The notes: generated from the sequence alone by a model not told the origin. A DNA stretch of 64,000 nucleotides from an uncultured archaeon (GCA_964534625.1 CAZHRF010000003.1:32001-96000), one strand, 5' to 3'; counted from the first letter of the stretch, positions 10,041 through 19,482 are shown. Numbers and translations are program-made.

Positions 10041-10233
10041 AATAATCTTGATACGAGAGATATATATACATAAAAGGATAACGCAAGGACAAACTTTGAT
10101 TTATACTGAAATTCAGAGAATATTTGAAAAAAATAAGCAAAAGATAGAGACCCTTTTTTTACTGAAGAGGGGTTATTATTTGAAAGTTATTCAGAATAAT
10201 GAAAATTAATAAAGTTCAACATAAGGCGGAATA

Positions 10234-10599
10234 TTACATATTAACAAAATCTTCAGGAACATATCCTTGATTTACTAACCAACGAACTTCATTTCTTCTA
10301 AATCTATGAACAAGTTCTCCACGTTCTTCAGGATGAGACATACCATAATTGGGCATCACAATTACAAGGTCACCAACACGACACCACATCCGTTTTCTGA
10401 ATCTCCCGGGGATCCTTATTTTTCTTAAATTGCCATCTAAACAATTAACCAACAAATATCCTGCGCCTAATATTTGGACTACAACACCAAATATCTCGCC
10501 TTCACCAGGCAATTTGGCTCTAATTGCGTCAGAATATTCTGAGACCCAATCGTCTGAGCCCTTATTTTTGCTTTTTCCGCCTTTTTCTTTTTTAGACAA
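10234..10599 (-). CDS. eif1a: Translation initiation factor aIF-1A
   Basis: EIFGVVVQILGAG, CLDG, RIPGRFRKRMW..GDLVIV. Confidence 0.95.
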   Translation of the reverse strand: MSKKEKGGKSKNKGSDDWVSEYSDAIRAKLPGEGEIFGVVVQILGAGYLLVNCLDGNLRKIRIPGRFRKRMWCRVGDLVIVMPNYGMSHPEERGELVHRFRRNEVRWLVNQGYVPEDFVNM

Positions 10600-10874
10600 T
10601 ATGTATTACCTCAAGTCTTCATTAATGACGTTCTTAAAATAGTTTTTGATGTTTATGAATAAAATAGTAAAAATGATTAGCAAAAAAAAAGATAATAGAA
10701 AAAATTTGTTAAAAAATCTGTTAAAAAATAACCATAAAAAAAGGCTAGCACAATTTGTAAAAATTCTTAAAATAATTAATTATCGTGAACTTGAAATAGT
10801 ATAATAAAAATAAATTTCCAATCAAACGAAACAGAAAAAAAGGCATAATTATTCTTTAACTTGGTGTCCTAAAA

Positions 10875-11285
10875 ATGGAATATGATGATTTATTGAAGAG
10901 AGCACGTAAAGACTTACCAGATACTATCTTTAAACAAACACGTTTCGAAATCCCCCACGTTCGTTCAAATATTGAAGGAAATAAGACATTTTTAACCAAT
11001 ATTCGAGAGATATTAGATACAATAAACCGTGACGGAAATCACTTTCTAAAATATTTAGCGGGAGAATTGGCAACCGCTGTAAATATGGAAGGTAACAGAG
11101 CAGTGTTCGCAGGAAAACATGCAAGATTAACACTACAAAAACTTTTAGAAAAATATATCGAGGAATATGTTTTCTGTAACGAGTGTGGAAAACCCGATAC
11201 TAAGTTGATAAGCGAAGATAGAATGATGAAAAAACGTTGTGCAGCATGTGGGGCTAAAATTGCCGTTAAACCACTAAGAAGATAA
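10875..11285 (+). CDS. eif2b: Translation initiation factor aIF-2 beta subunit
   Basis: MEYDDLLKRA, RFEIP, EGNKT, YVFCNECGKPDT...CAACGA. Confidence 0.96.
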   Translation: MEYDDLLKRARKDLPDTIFKQTRFEIPHVRSNIEGNKTFLTNIREILDTINRDGNHFLKYLAGELATAVNMEGNRAVFAGKHARLTLQKLLEKYIEEYVFCNECGKPDTKLISEDRMMKKRCAACGAKIAVKPLRR

Positions 11286-11300
11286 ATACAAAAGCGTAAA

Positions 11301-11624
11301 TTGATGCGAATGAAGAAATATTATATGAAAGTAATAGAACGACCTAATGAAAAACTCGTTACCGTATGTGACGAAGAGATAATGGAGACAGTATTGCTTT
11401 CAAACAACGTAAAAATTAAACCAACTAAAAAATTCTACGGAACAGAACTTGTGAATCAGAAGGAATTGCTTGATGCACTAAGAAATTGCACATCTGCAAA
11501 TGTAATAGGAACAAATATAGTGAACTTCATGATACAAAAAAAACTCATCCATGAAAGATCAGTTTTGTGGTTAAAGTATCCTGATAAGAAAGGAAAAGTA
11601 GGACACGCAATATTGATACGATAA
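11301..11624 (+). CDS. DUF424 family protein
   Basis: LVTVCDEEI, KFYG, ANVIG; usual neighbour of aIF-2beta and NMD3. Confidence 0.85.
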   Translation: MMRMKKYYMKVIERPNEKLVTVCDEEIMETVLLSNNVKIKPTKKFYGTELVNQKELLDALRNCTSANVIGTNIVNFMIQKKLIHERSVLWLKYPDKKGKVGHAILIR

Positions 11625-11694
11625 AGAAAAAAAAGACACCAAAGAAAATTAGTATGGAAAAACAATACTTATTTTATGGCAAGAACTATTTTTT

Positions 11695-12804
11695 TTGAAG
11701 ATAAAAATGTCGAGTAGATTTTGTGCTATTTGTGGAACTAAGCAAGGACCTTTTGTAAAGAACCTCTGTGAAGAATGTTATAAAAAGGAATATCCTCTAA
11801 AAATAAATATCCCAGATAAAGTAGAAATAGAGATTTGCCCAAGTTGTAGAGCAATAAAACACAAGGGCGTAACTATACCCACATGGGACGAGGAAGAAAT
11901 AGGGGGTATCATCGGAGATTTAGCAAGAAGTATCGTGAGTGAAAAATTAAGAGTGCGGTTTCCTTACACGTTGAAATTTGATGATAATATAGAAGAAAGA
12001 AAAATAATGAATAAAGGAGTAAAGTTTTTTGAATTAAAGACAATAATCCAAGCACGCCCATATGAAGAATTTGGAGAAGTGAAAGAAGAACATATAACAA
12101 AGATATACACAATGAAAGTTCCATGCAATGAATGTACAAAATTAAAGGGAGGATATTTTGAAGCAATAATACAAATTAGGGCGGAAAATAGAAAACCTAC
12201 TGATGATGAGATTAATACAGCAGACCAAATAATTACACAAGTGTTGAATGACCATGCTAATTCCAAATTGATGTATATTTTAGACTATAAGATAGATAAA
12301 AATGGCATTACAGGGAAAGTTAGTTCAAAATTGCTAGCAGAAGAAATGGCAAAAAAGATCAGGGATTCTCTCGCTGCAACATATAGTGTGGCTTATGAGT
12401 TGAAAACTGTTTCAAGCGAAGGACAAAAAGTATATACAAATACATACCTGGTAAAACTATCAAAACTAACTAAAGAGGATATAGTAGAATTTGAAGGAAC
12501 AATGTGGAAAGTTTTAGATATACATAAAAGTTTGATTAAGAGTGAAAATCTTGAAAATCATGAAATAAAATACTTGCACAGAAGAACAATGGAAGAACAA
12601 TCGGAAAAGAGAAATGAACAAATAATAGAAAGAGAATATATGGTACTGGCAAAAGAGAACGATATAGCAATGATGATGACAATGGATAACTATGAAAATT
12701 ATGAAGACAAATGGGAAAAGCTACCACAAGGAACAGAAGTGGGGAAAACAGTCAAAGGATTTCTGTTTGAAGAGAAAAACTATTACGTAGAAGAAAAAAA
12801 ATAG
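11695..12804 (+). CDS. NMD3-like large-subunit biogenesis protein
   Basis: Four CxxC pairs (CAIC, CEEC, CPSC, CNEC) and GGYFEAIIQIR. Confidence 0.93.
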   Translation: MKIKMSSRFCAICGTKQGPFVKNLCEECYKKEYPLKINIPDKVEIEICPSCRAIKHKGVTIPTWDEEEIGGIIGDLARSIVSEKLRVRFPYTLKFDDNIEERKIMNKGVKFFELKTIIQARPYEEFGEVKEEHITKIYTMKVPCNECTKLKGGYFEAIIQIRAENRKPTDDEINTADQIITQVLNDHANSKLMYILDYKIDKNGITGKVSSKLLAEEMAKKIRDSLAATYSVAYELKTVSSEGQKVYTNTYLVKLSKLTKEDIVEFEGTMWKVLDIHKSLIKSENLENHEIKYLHRRTMEEQSEKRNEQIIEREYMVLAKENDIAMMMTMDNYENYEDKWEKLPQGTEVGKTVKGFLFEEKNYYVEEKK

Positions 12805-12861
12805 CTATCAATTGTTCTATAACCATTGAACAGATTTAAGTGCAACTAAAAATAACTTAAT

Positions 12862-12992
12862 TGGGAACAAACCATAGATGCGATGATAAAAAATTGGTTT
12901 GATGATCATTAGAGAGGAGTAGACTCTGGAGCAATGAGCAGAAAATGGTTGAAGTGCAAAACTGGTAACCACAGAATTGCACACAGTTCCCA
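12862..12992 (+). ncRNA. Box C/D guide sRNA predicted to methylate C34 and C39 of pre-tRNA-Trp
   Basis: TATA-like TTTAAG 12835-40; terminal stem TGGGAAC/GTTCCCA. Boxes: C GCGATGA 12880-86, D' ATGA 12902-05, C'-like AGAGGA 12913-18, D ATGA 12934-37. Guides of 9 bp and 12 bp are complementary to the adjacent pre-tRNA. Confidence 0.75.
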
Positions 12993-13141
12993 CTAAAAAA
13001 TCAGATTTTGAGTAATTTATGAAGGGTTTCTACTTGTTTTCATATTGTTTTTGTATGTTTTTCACCAAACAACTTAAAATTTGAATTTAAGGCTCAAATC
13101 ATATAGTTATAAATTTGAGTAAGAGAAATTTAATAAAAAAT

Positions 13142-13248
13142 TGGTGGGGACTAGGATATTTGAAATCCTGACCAACTGGTTTTTTCGCGTGACCGATTAC
13201 CGGTCAGACTCTGGAGCCAGCCACTCTACCTGACTGAGCTAAGTCCCC
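13142..13248 (-). tRNA. tRNA-Trp(CCA) with a 30-nt intron at 37/38 (13181-13210), CCA encoded
   Basis: GGGGACT/AGTCCCC acceptor stem, GCTGG-CTCCAG|A-CCAGT anticodon arm, AGGAT-TTCAAAT-ATCCT T arm; TTTAAA about 21-26 nt upstream. Confidence 0.95.
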
Positions 13249-13603
13249 TGTATGCGCGCTAGGCGCCGTTTAAATGTGTTTTGTGTGTTCCCTAAGTAAG
13301 GGATTCTTTTGTATTTTCTTTTTTTCTTTTCATCTTTTAAGGATTTCTGTTATTTCAGTACTTCCGAAATAGCGTAAGGAAACATCAAAATCAAGAAATA
13401 AGGCGAATTATTTTTGTTCTGAACATTTCAAACAGGATATCAACTGCTTAATTCGGGAGTATTATATTTCTAGTACATACAAAAATGATTTCCTACCCTA
13501 TTTGGAAATATTTTGTTTACTTGGGTAGTTGAAAGTCTTTAATGCTGCTTCTTTTATCATTATCTATTTTCTCTTTACCACTCTTTTTTCAACTATTTTT
13601 TAT

Positions 13604-14002
13604 CTATGCTTAGCCAGAAGACCCACTCCTTGAGGGGTGAGATGAATGGCAAAAAAACACAACAAAAGTCAGTTTTAGCATACAAACATTTTGTAAGGAT
13701 GCTGTCTTTGTGTACGTGTTTTGGTACCATCTCGAAAACCAAGAGTGGTAGGAGACAAGAAGAACAAGATGGAAGTAGAAGATAGGGCTACACATTAAAC
13801 AACGATAATGGGTATACGTATCTACCTAAGTAAGGGTATTGAGGACTTCCGATGTAGAGTCGGTACGTTGTGTGTACTAGAACCATGTACCGTCGGAACA
13901 ACGGGACCTATAGACGACGGTTGTGGAGAAGAGTTCAGCCCTCATTTTGAGGCCACTTCGTTGAAGCAAGAAACCATCTGCCTTTAGGTAGTGGTAGTTC
14001 AT
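13604..14002 (+). mobile_element. Non-autonomous IS200/IS605-family derivative (no tnpA/tnpB) with omegaRNA-like right end
   Basis: Left-end hairpin (AAGA-CCCACTCCTTGAGGGGTGAG-ATGAATGG) preceded by TTAT. Right end GAAA-CCATCTGCCTTTAGGTAGTGG-TAGTTCAT. TnpB-3'-type GTACCGTCGGAACAACGGGA...TGTGGAGA segment. Confidence 0.8.
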
Positions 14003-14665
14003 TTAATGTATCTGAAATGTTCTGATTATCTTTTCTTTCAGGCTCAGATGCTTTCCTTCTCCTTTTGTTTCTCTTTTTCTTATTTTTTCCAACAATTCTT
14101 CTACTGTTTCAACTTTTTCTCCCACTCTCGTATATGCCATGCCTATATCTTTTATTCTATGCGCATCACTTCCTCCTGTTTCTCCCAGTTTGTTTTTTTG
14201 TGCATATTGCTTTGCTTTTTCGTTGAACTTTTGTATAAATGTTGCCCCATTTTGTGTTTCTATTATCACATTTTGCAGTTTTTCCATTCTTTTTCCCACC
14301 CCTTTTCTCATAAAATCATATGGATGAGCCATTACCACCTCTCCCCCTTCTTCTCTTATTTTTTCTACTGTTTCCTCTAATGTCATTCTTTTTTGAATAT
14401 TTTCTCTTACTCCCAACCCTATTACGTGTCCTCCCTCTGTTGATATTTCTATCCCAGGAACTATCAGTATACCTGTTTCTATTTTTACTCTTTTATGGAA
14501 TTTTACCGTATCATGATCTGTTATTGCTATTCCTTTTAGTCCCATTTTTTCTGCTGTTTTTATTATTACCTTAGGTTCGCTCTTGCAATCTGCAGAATAC
14601 TTACTATGTACATGTAAATCATAGTGGAAAACAGATTTTCTTCCTTCTTTTTCACTTTTCTCCAT
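14003..14665 (-). CDS. PHP-domain metal-dependent phosphoesterase
   Basis: DLHVHS, AITDHD, GIEIST, AHP and GGSDAH motifs. Confidence 0.93.
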   Translation of the reverse strand: MEKSEKEGRKSVFHYDLHVHSKYSADCKSEPKVIIKTAEKMGLKGIAITDHDTVKFHKRVKIETGILIVPGIEISTEGGHVIGLGVRENIQKRMTLEETVEKIREEGGEVVMAHPYDFMRKGVGKRMEKLQNVIIETQNGATFIQKFNEKAKQYAQKNKLGETGGSDAHRIKDIGMAYTRVGEKVETVEELLEKIRKRETKGEGKHLSLKEKIIRTFQIH

Positions 14666-14686
14666 GTTTATTGCTCTTTTTCAGTC

Positions 14687-15355
14687 CTATTCTTCATCTT
14701 CTTCTTGTTCTGCTTCATCTTCTTCTTCAAACACTATTCTTTCTAATTGATCCAAATCTGTTATAGTTACTTTATCTTCTTCTTTATTTGGATTTATCCA
14801 TAATTTGCTTCTATTTCGCTTTATTTCTTCTATTTTCTTATTTATAAACGCATATACACTCCCATGTTTTGCCCCTCCAATCAGTCTTTCTATTGCTTCT
14901 CTCGCTATTTCCATTTGTTCATATGACCCTATTATTCCTATTGTATTGCCATAAACAGATATATATGCCCCTGTTGCATTTTCTATGTATCTTCTTGTTC
15001 TTCCTTTTGCCCCTATTATCCTTGCTTTTACTGTTCTTATCAAGTTTGGCGAATTTCCCAATCTATCTCTCAAATTTATTAACATGAACTGATTATCGTT
15101 TTCCGCAATTGTCAACGCTTTTTGTGGGTTAAAACCTCTTGCTATTGCTTTTACCACTTCTCTTGCTTGCATATGTACAATAGGATTTTCTATTTCTTCT
15201 TTTTCTTCTTTTACAATTATTACATCTCCCGACTGACTATCTATTTGCAATTCACACTCTGTCAAGTCTTCTATCTGTTTTTTTACTTCTCCATTTGAGC
15301 CTATTAGTACTCCTAATCTTTTTCTTGGGACGCGTATTAAGTATTCATTTGACAT
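14687..15355 (-). CDS. KH-domain pre-rRNA processing protein (Dim2/Pno1-like)
   Basis: GVLIGSNG, KAIARGF, RIIGAKGRTR, GAKHGSVY; follows Rio1. Confidence 0.93.
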   Translation of the reverse strand: MSNEYLIRVPRKRLGVLIGSNGEVKKQIEDLTECELQIDSQSGDVIIVKEEKEEIENPIVHMQAREVVKAIARGFNPQKALTIAENDNQFMLINLRDRLGNSPNLIRTVKARIIGAKGRTRRYIENATGAYISVYGNTIGIIGSYEQMEIAREAIERLIGGAKHGSVYAFINKKIEEIKRNRSKLWINPNKEEDKVTITDLDQLERIVFEEEDEAEQEEDEE

Positions 15356-15395
15356 TTTTTACACCGTTTATTCTTTACTTTTCACTTATTTTCAT

Positions 15396-16226
15396 TCAAT
15401 ATTTATCATAGAGTTGAAATTTCGGGTCTGGTTTACTTCCTACTATTGCTTCATAAAGTTCATCATTTTGGACAACATTTGCTCCTAAATAGCCAAAATG
15501 TCCATTAATGTTTCTTATATCTCTATATAAGAAATAATGTGCAAAAGGATGACCAATTAATACTGATTGTGACACATCTATAATTATTGGTTCATCTTCA
15601 TAATACAGTATATTGTATTCACTTAAATCAGCATGAACTATTTCTCCTTCTTTATACATTAATTTGATATATTTTATTATTTTCTTGTAAACTTTCTCTA
15701 TTTTCTCTTCATCTAGTTCAACTTCTCGTAACAATGGCGCAGCTTGTTGTTTTTTTCCTATGTACTCCATCACTAGTATATTATTTCGTATATAGTATGA
15801 TTCTGGTACTCTCACTCCCACTTTTTTCATTCTCTGTAAATTTTTGAATTCTTTTTTTGCCCAGAGGTACACAAATGAATACGTACCTTTCTTATAGTGT
15901 TGAAATCTTGGGTCACCTTGTACATATTTCCAGTTTTTCTTGAATTCTGCTGTTGTTGTTCGGTATATTTTTATGGCTAATTCTTCATTCTCTTTATTAT
16001 ATCCATGATATACATTTGCTTCCTTTCCAGTGGCAATAACAAAGTTAATATCCTTTATTATACCCTTATTCATCATTTTTACGAGATCATATCGCGTTTT
16101 CCTATCGAATACAGATTCTAGTACCTTTAACGCATCTGAATCTTTCTCTATATTCCTTCTCCTTTCTTTGTCGATTTTATTCTCTATTTTGTCTTGTTCA
16201 TAGGGGTCATCATATCTTGGAACCAT
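15396..16226 (-). CDS. rio1: RIO1 family serine kinase/ATPase
   Basis: ATGKEANVY, AIKIYR, WAKKEFKNL, VHADLSEYNIL, IIDVSQSV. Confidence 0.96.
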   Translation of the reverse strand: MVPRYDDPYEQDKIENKIDKERRRNIEKDSDALKVLESVFDRKTRYDLVKMMNKGIIKDINFVIATGKEANVYHGYNKENEELAIKIYRTTTAEFKKNWKYVQGDPRFQHYKKGTYSFVYLWAKKEFKNLQRMKKVGVRVPESYYIRNNILVMEYIGKKQQAAPLLREVELDEEKIEKVYKKIIKYIKLMYKEGEIVHADLSEYNILYYEDEPIIIDVSQSVLIGHPFAHYFLYRDIRNINGHFGYLGANVVQNDELYEAIVGSKPDPKFQLYDKY

Positions 16227-16370
16227 TTATTTCACCTCTTCCCCTCCATCTGAAAAAATATTTGTCATATTCATTTGGAGGTAATCATTGGAAACAATAT
16301 ACTAAATATAACGCTTATACTATTTAGAATAAATTTTAATTAAAAAGGTAAGGATTATGCCACTTTTTTA

Positions 16371-17699
16371 TCACGTTTTTCCATGTTTGTTTTTTTCCCA
16401 ATCTTCATATTGTTCAAGTAATGAATTTATAACCTCTGTTATATCTTCATTTTCTTTATTTTTTCTATCAAAAAACACTTTATTGTCTTCCACTTCTATC
16501 ATGAATTCTTCAGGTAATCCATATATCCATTTTAATAATTCAGTTTTAGAAACAAATTCTAATAATTCCATTAATACATCTATAGTTATCGATTCAGTTT
16601 TTTTTACTAAACGGTTAAATGTTTTTACTCTTTCTTCTTTTTTTCTTTCTTGTTCTTCAACCATTTTTTTCTGTTCTTCTTTTTTTCTTTCTTCCCTCTC
16701 TTTTTCTTTTCTCTTTTTTTCTTCTACTTCTTCATGTTTTTTTCTAATGGTTTCTTGTTCTAGCATTCTTGCTTGTTTTTCACTTTCAATTTTTCTTTCT
16801 TCCTTTACTCTCTGTTCTTCCCATATTTTTGGTGCCCATATACTTAATCTATTCGCTGTTGATGCCACATAAATATAATTCCCATCTGCTATTACTGATT
16901 TTATTCTACCTCTATACTTTAATGCTATGACTTTGGTCCAATTACTCCTTCTCCATACTGTTATTAATGAATCACTCGTCCCAACATACACATAATTTTT
17001 ATCTGCATAGATACAATAGATAATTGATAATGGTGAATGTTTTAATTTTTGTTTTTTTTCAAATCCATCTTTTTTCCATATATGTAAAAATTTCTCACTT
17101 GAACCCACAAAAATGTATTCGGAATCTACGTGTATTGCGTGAACACCTGTAAATAGAGGTAATTTTATACGCTGATATTCTCTCCAATTGGCTTTGTCCC
17201 AAACGATTATATTTTGACCACAACCAGCATATACAAAATAGTAATCTTCTGCTAATGCTTTTATTTCTCCTTGATGTCTAATTGCCTTTTCAAGTTTCCA
17301 TTTATCTTTTGTCCATATTCTCAAATAAAAATCCGTGGAACCAGTATACAACCGTTTATTATCGGATACAATTGATTGAACAAAACCATCGTGTTTCAAT
17401 GTTATAATTGGTTCAAAAGTTTTCTTTGACCATACTTTAACTGTTCCATCATTGGATGCTGAATAGAGATATTTCTTATCTACATATACTTGATTTACAT
17501 CACCATTATGTTCTAGTTTTACGATTTCATTCCAAGTATGTTTTTCCCAGACGCGAACAAAATCATCGTTACTCCCAGTATATACATATTTTTTATCAAC
17601 ACACACAGATGAAACTTCATCTTTATGTTTAAACTCCTTTACTTTTCGTATCTCTCTCTCTTCTTTTGATGACATTTTCTTGTAGTTCTTTCTCATCAA
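16371..17699 (-). CDS. WD40-repeat beta-propeller protein with charged coiled coil and small C-terminal domain
   Basis: About 7 repeats of H..V..V..D..YLY.GS.D...RVW followed by an E/K/R-rich helix. Confidence 0.88.
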   Translation of the reverse strand: MMRKNYKKMSSKEEREIRKVKEFKHKDEVSSVCVDKKYVYTGSNDDFVRVWEKHTWNEIVKLEHNGDVNQVYVDKKYLYSASNDGTVKVWSKKTFEPIITLKHDGFVQSIVSDNKRLYTGSTDFYLRIWTKDKWKLEKAIRHQGEIKALAEDYYFVYAGCGQNIIVWDKANWREYQRIKLPLFTGVHAIHVDSEYIFVGSSEKFLHIWKKDGFEKKQKLKHSPLSIIYCIYADKNYVYVGTSDSLITVWRRSNWTKVIALKYRGRIKSVIADGNYIYVASTANRLSIWAPKIWEEQRVKEERKIESEKQARMLEQETIRKKHEEVEEKKRKEKEREERKKEEQKKMVEEQERKKEERVKTFNRLVKKTESITIDVLMELLEFVSKTELLKWIYGLPEEFMIEVEDNKVFFDRKNKENEDITEVINSLLEQYEDWEKNKHGKT

Positions 17700-17810
17700 G
17701 TGTAATAAATATTTTCAAAGGCATAATTACTCACCAATCATACAATCATAATAATCAGATAAAATCTAATAATAATAATAATAATAAAAACAATTCAGAT
17801 CGAATTCTCT

Positions 17811-18119
17811 TTACTCTAAATTCCACATTTCTTTTTCTTCCATTGTTATTTCAGTTACATATTTTATCATTCTTTTATATGCTTCAAGAAAACGGCCTCC
17901 CCGTCTAGTGGCGATATATGCTGAATCTATCCTCTTATCATCGCTTTCTATTTGTGCCACGAGTCCTCTTTTAATCAAAAAATCCAACATTTTTCGAACA
18001 CGATCAACCGGTATATTGGCTCGTCGTCCTATTTGAGAAACGCCCGCTTCTCTATAAAATTCGAGTACCATCAACATCTCTGCATATATATCATATCTCG
18101 TTCTATTTTTCACTAGCAA
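17811..18119 (-). CDS. Winged-helix DNA-binding protein (ArnR1-like/HTH_45)
   Basis: RTRYDIYAEML, IGRRANI, LIKRGLV, YIATRRGGRFL. Confidence 0.8.
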   Translation of the reverse strand: MLVKNRTRYDIYAEMLMVLEFYREAGVSQIGRRANIPVDRVRKMLDFLIKRGLVAQIESDDKRIDSAYIATRRGGRFLEAYKRMIKYVTEITMEEKEMWNLE

Positions 18120-18191
18120 GTTTCTCCTATGATTTTTCTCTAATTATTTTAAAAAAGTTTAGTAAAGTAAAAGGAAAAAAGATCATTTTAC

Positions 18192-19415
18192 TCACTTATC
18201 AGACGAATCTTTTAGTTCTAGATGCCCTACTTCTGCATTATCAGCAATAAAGGCTTCATCAGCTATTATTTCGTCAACCTCTGCATACTCTTTAACTACA
18301 ACTTTACTTGCTTTGTATCGACCTTTTGCTTTTGATCTTTTTTCTATGATGATTTCCCTTGCATTTGCTTCATCAACTTCGATTTTACCTGCTACTTGTA
18401 TCGTATCTGCCTTAAGCTTCTTTCCAATAAACTTTCCATTTATTGTAAAAGTATTTTCCAATTCAACAGAGTTATTGTTATTCATTGATCCATTTAATTC
18501 TATTGTATCTCCTTTGACTTCATTTTCAGCTTTAAAAGACCCACTAATAGAAACATCAGTAAAATAAAAATTGTTATTAATTGTCGTTGATCCATTCACT
18601 TCTAAGGTTTTTACTTTTAGAGAACCCCCAATTTTTAATGACCCATTCACTTCTATTTCATTTACTACGAGATCCTCTTCACTCCTTAAACTCCCACCAA
18701 CTTCAAGTATTCCCTCTATCTCACCCGAGATAATTTTTCCACTACCTCCAAGAAAAGCATTTTTTGCTTTAATAATTCCTACCTTCAAAGAGCCACCAGT
18801 GTCGATACTTTCACAACAAATTTCTTCGCCAATCTTAATCGAGCCACCTACATCAACTTTTTTACATTTGAGGGAGCCTTTTATGGTAACAGAACCACCC
18901 ACATCCAGTTCATTGTCTATAATGACATCAGTTAGAGCGCTTAAAGAACCATTTATCTCAACCCCATTACTGTAAAGATTCTTTATGTGTTTAGCAGAAC
19001 CATTCACTTCATATTCATCTATCTTCGTTACACCTTCTATTTTGCATGAACCATTAATATGAGCTTTGTTTGATAAGCAGTCCTTACCAACTACTAAACT
19101 GCCGTCAGTCTTGATAATGGAGCTCTCTAATATCCCACCCACAGTCAACTGAGATCCATTCCTTAAACCAGTAGATAGCACAATAACTTCATCCGCTTTA
19201 AGGTCAGAAGTAATATCTAAATCACCATCATGATGTTTCAAAATTGCAGTTTCAACTTTACCATCAATTTTAATATCTCCATATGTTTTCAATGTCCCCG
19301 TTACAACCAACTTTTTGTCTTTTGGAATGGTTACAACAGCACCCGTATGTACAATTAGATCACCCTCAACATACGTTAATTCTTTATTTTCATTTTTTTC
19401 AACTTTTTCCGTCAT
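18192..19415 (-). CDS. Long beta-helical polymer-forming cytoskeletal (bactofilin-like) protein
   Basis: Many ~17-aa repeats of the form (E/D)V(N/G)GS(L/V)xxxxxL. Start moved to ATG 19415 (MTEKVEK), which has a GTGA RBS. Confidence 0.75.
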   Translation of the reverse strand: MTEKVEKNENKELTYVEGDLIVHTGAVVTIPKDKKLVVTGTLKTYGDIKIDGKVETAILKHHDGDLDITSDLKADEVIVLSTGLRNGSQLTVGGILESSIIKTDGSLVVGKDCLSNKAHINGSCKIEGVTKIDEYEVNGSAKHIKNLYSNGVEINGSLSALTDVIIDNELDVGGSVTIKGSLKCKKVDVGGSIKIGEEICCESIDTGGSLKVGIIKAKNAFLGGSGKIISGEIEGILEVGGSLRSEEDLVVNEIEVNGSLKIGGSLKVKTLEVNGSTTINNNFYFTDVSISGSFKAENEVKGDTIELNGSMNNNNSVELENTFTINGKFIGKKLKADTIQVAGKIEVDEANAREIIIEKRSKAKGRYKASKVVVKEYAEVDEIIADEAFIADNAEVGHLELKDSSDK

Positions 19416-19482
19416 ATTTATCACTAATTTTTGTCTAAGAATAAGTAATACGAGTATATTAATAAAGAAACACCACAAGATA

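Noticed and set aside
12861-12870. TTGGGAACAA shared with 33101-33110
   Set aside because: A 10-nt match in 64 kb of AT-rich DNA is compatible with chance, and both copies are tied up in their own terminal stems.
16229-16300. Short reading frame upstream of rio1 as a remnant of aIF-1A
   Set aside because: Similarity is too weak and there is an in-frame stop just upstream.
13991-16872. F/S/L-rich + strand ORFs opposite PHP, KH and WD40 (and similar antisense ORFs elsewhere)
   Set aside because: They are antisense shadows of purine-rich genes.
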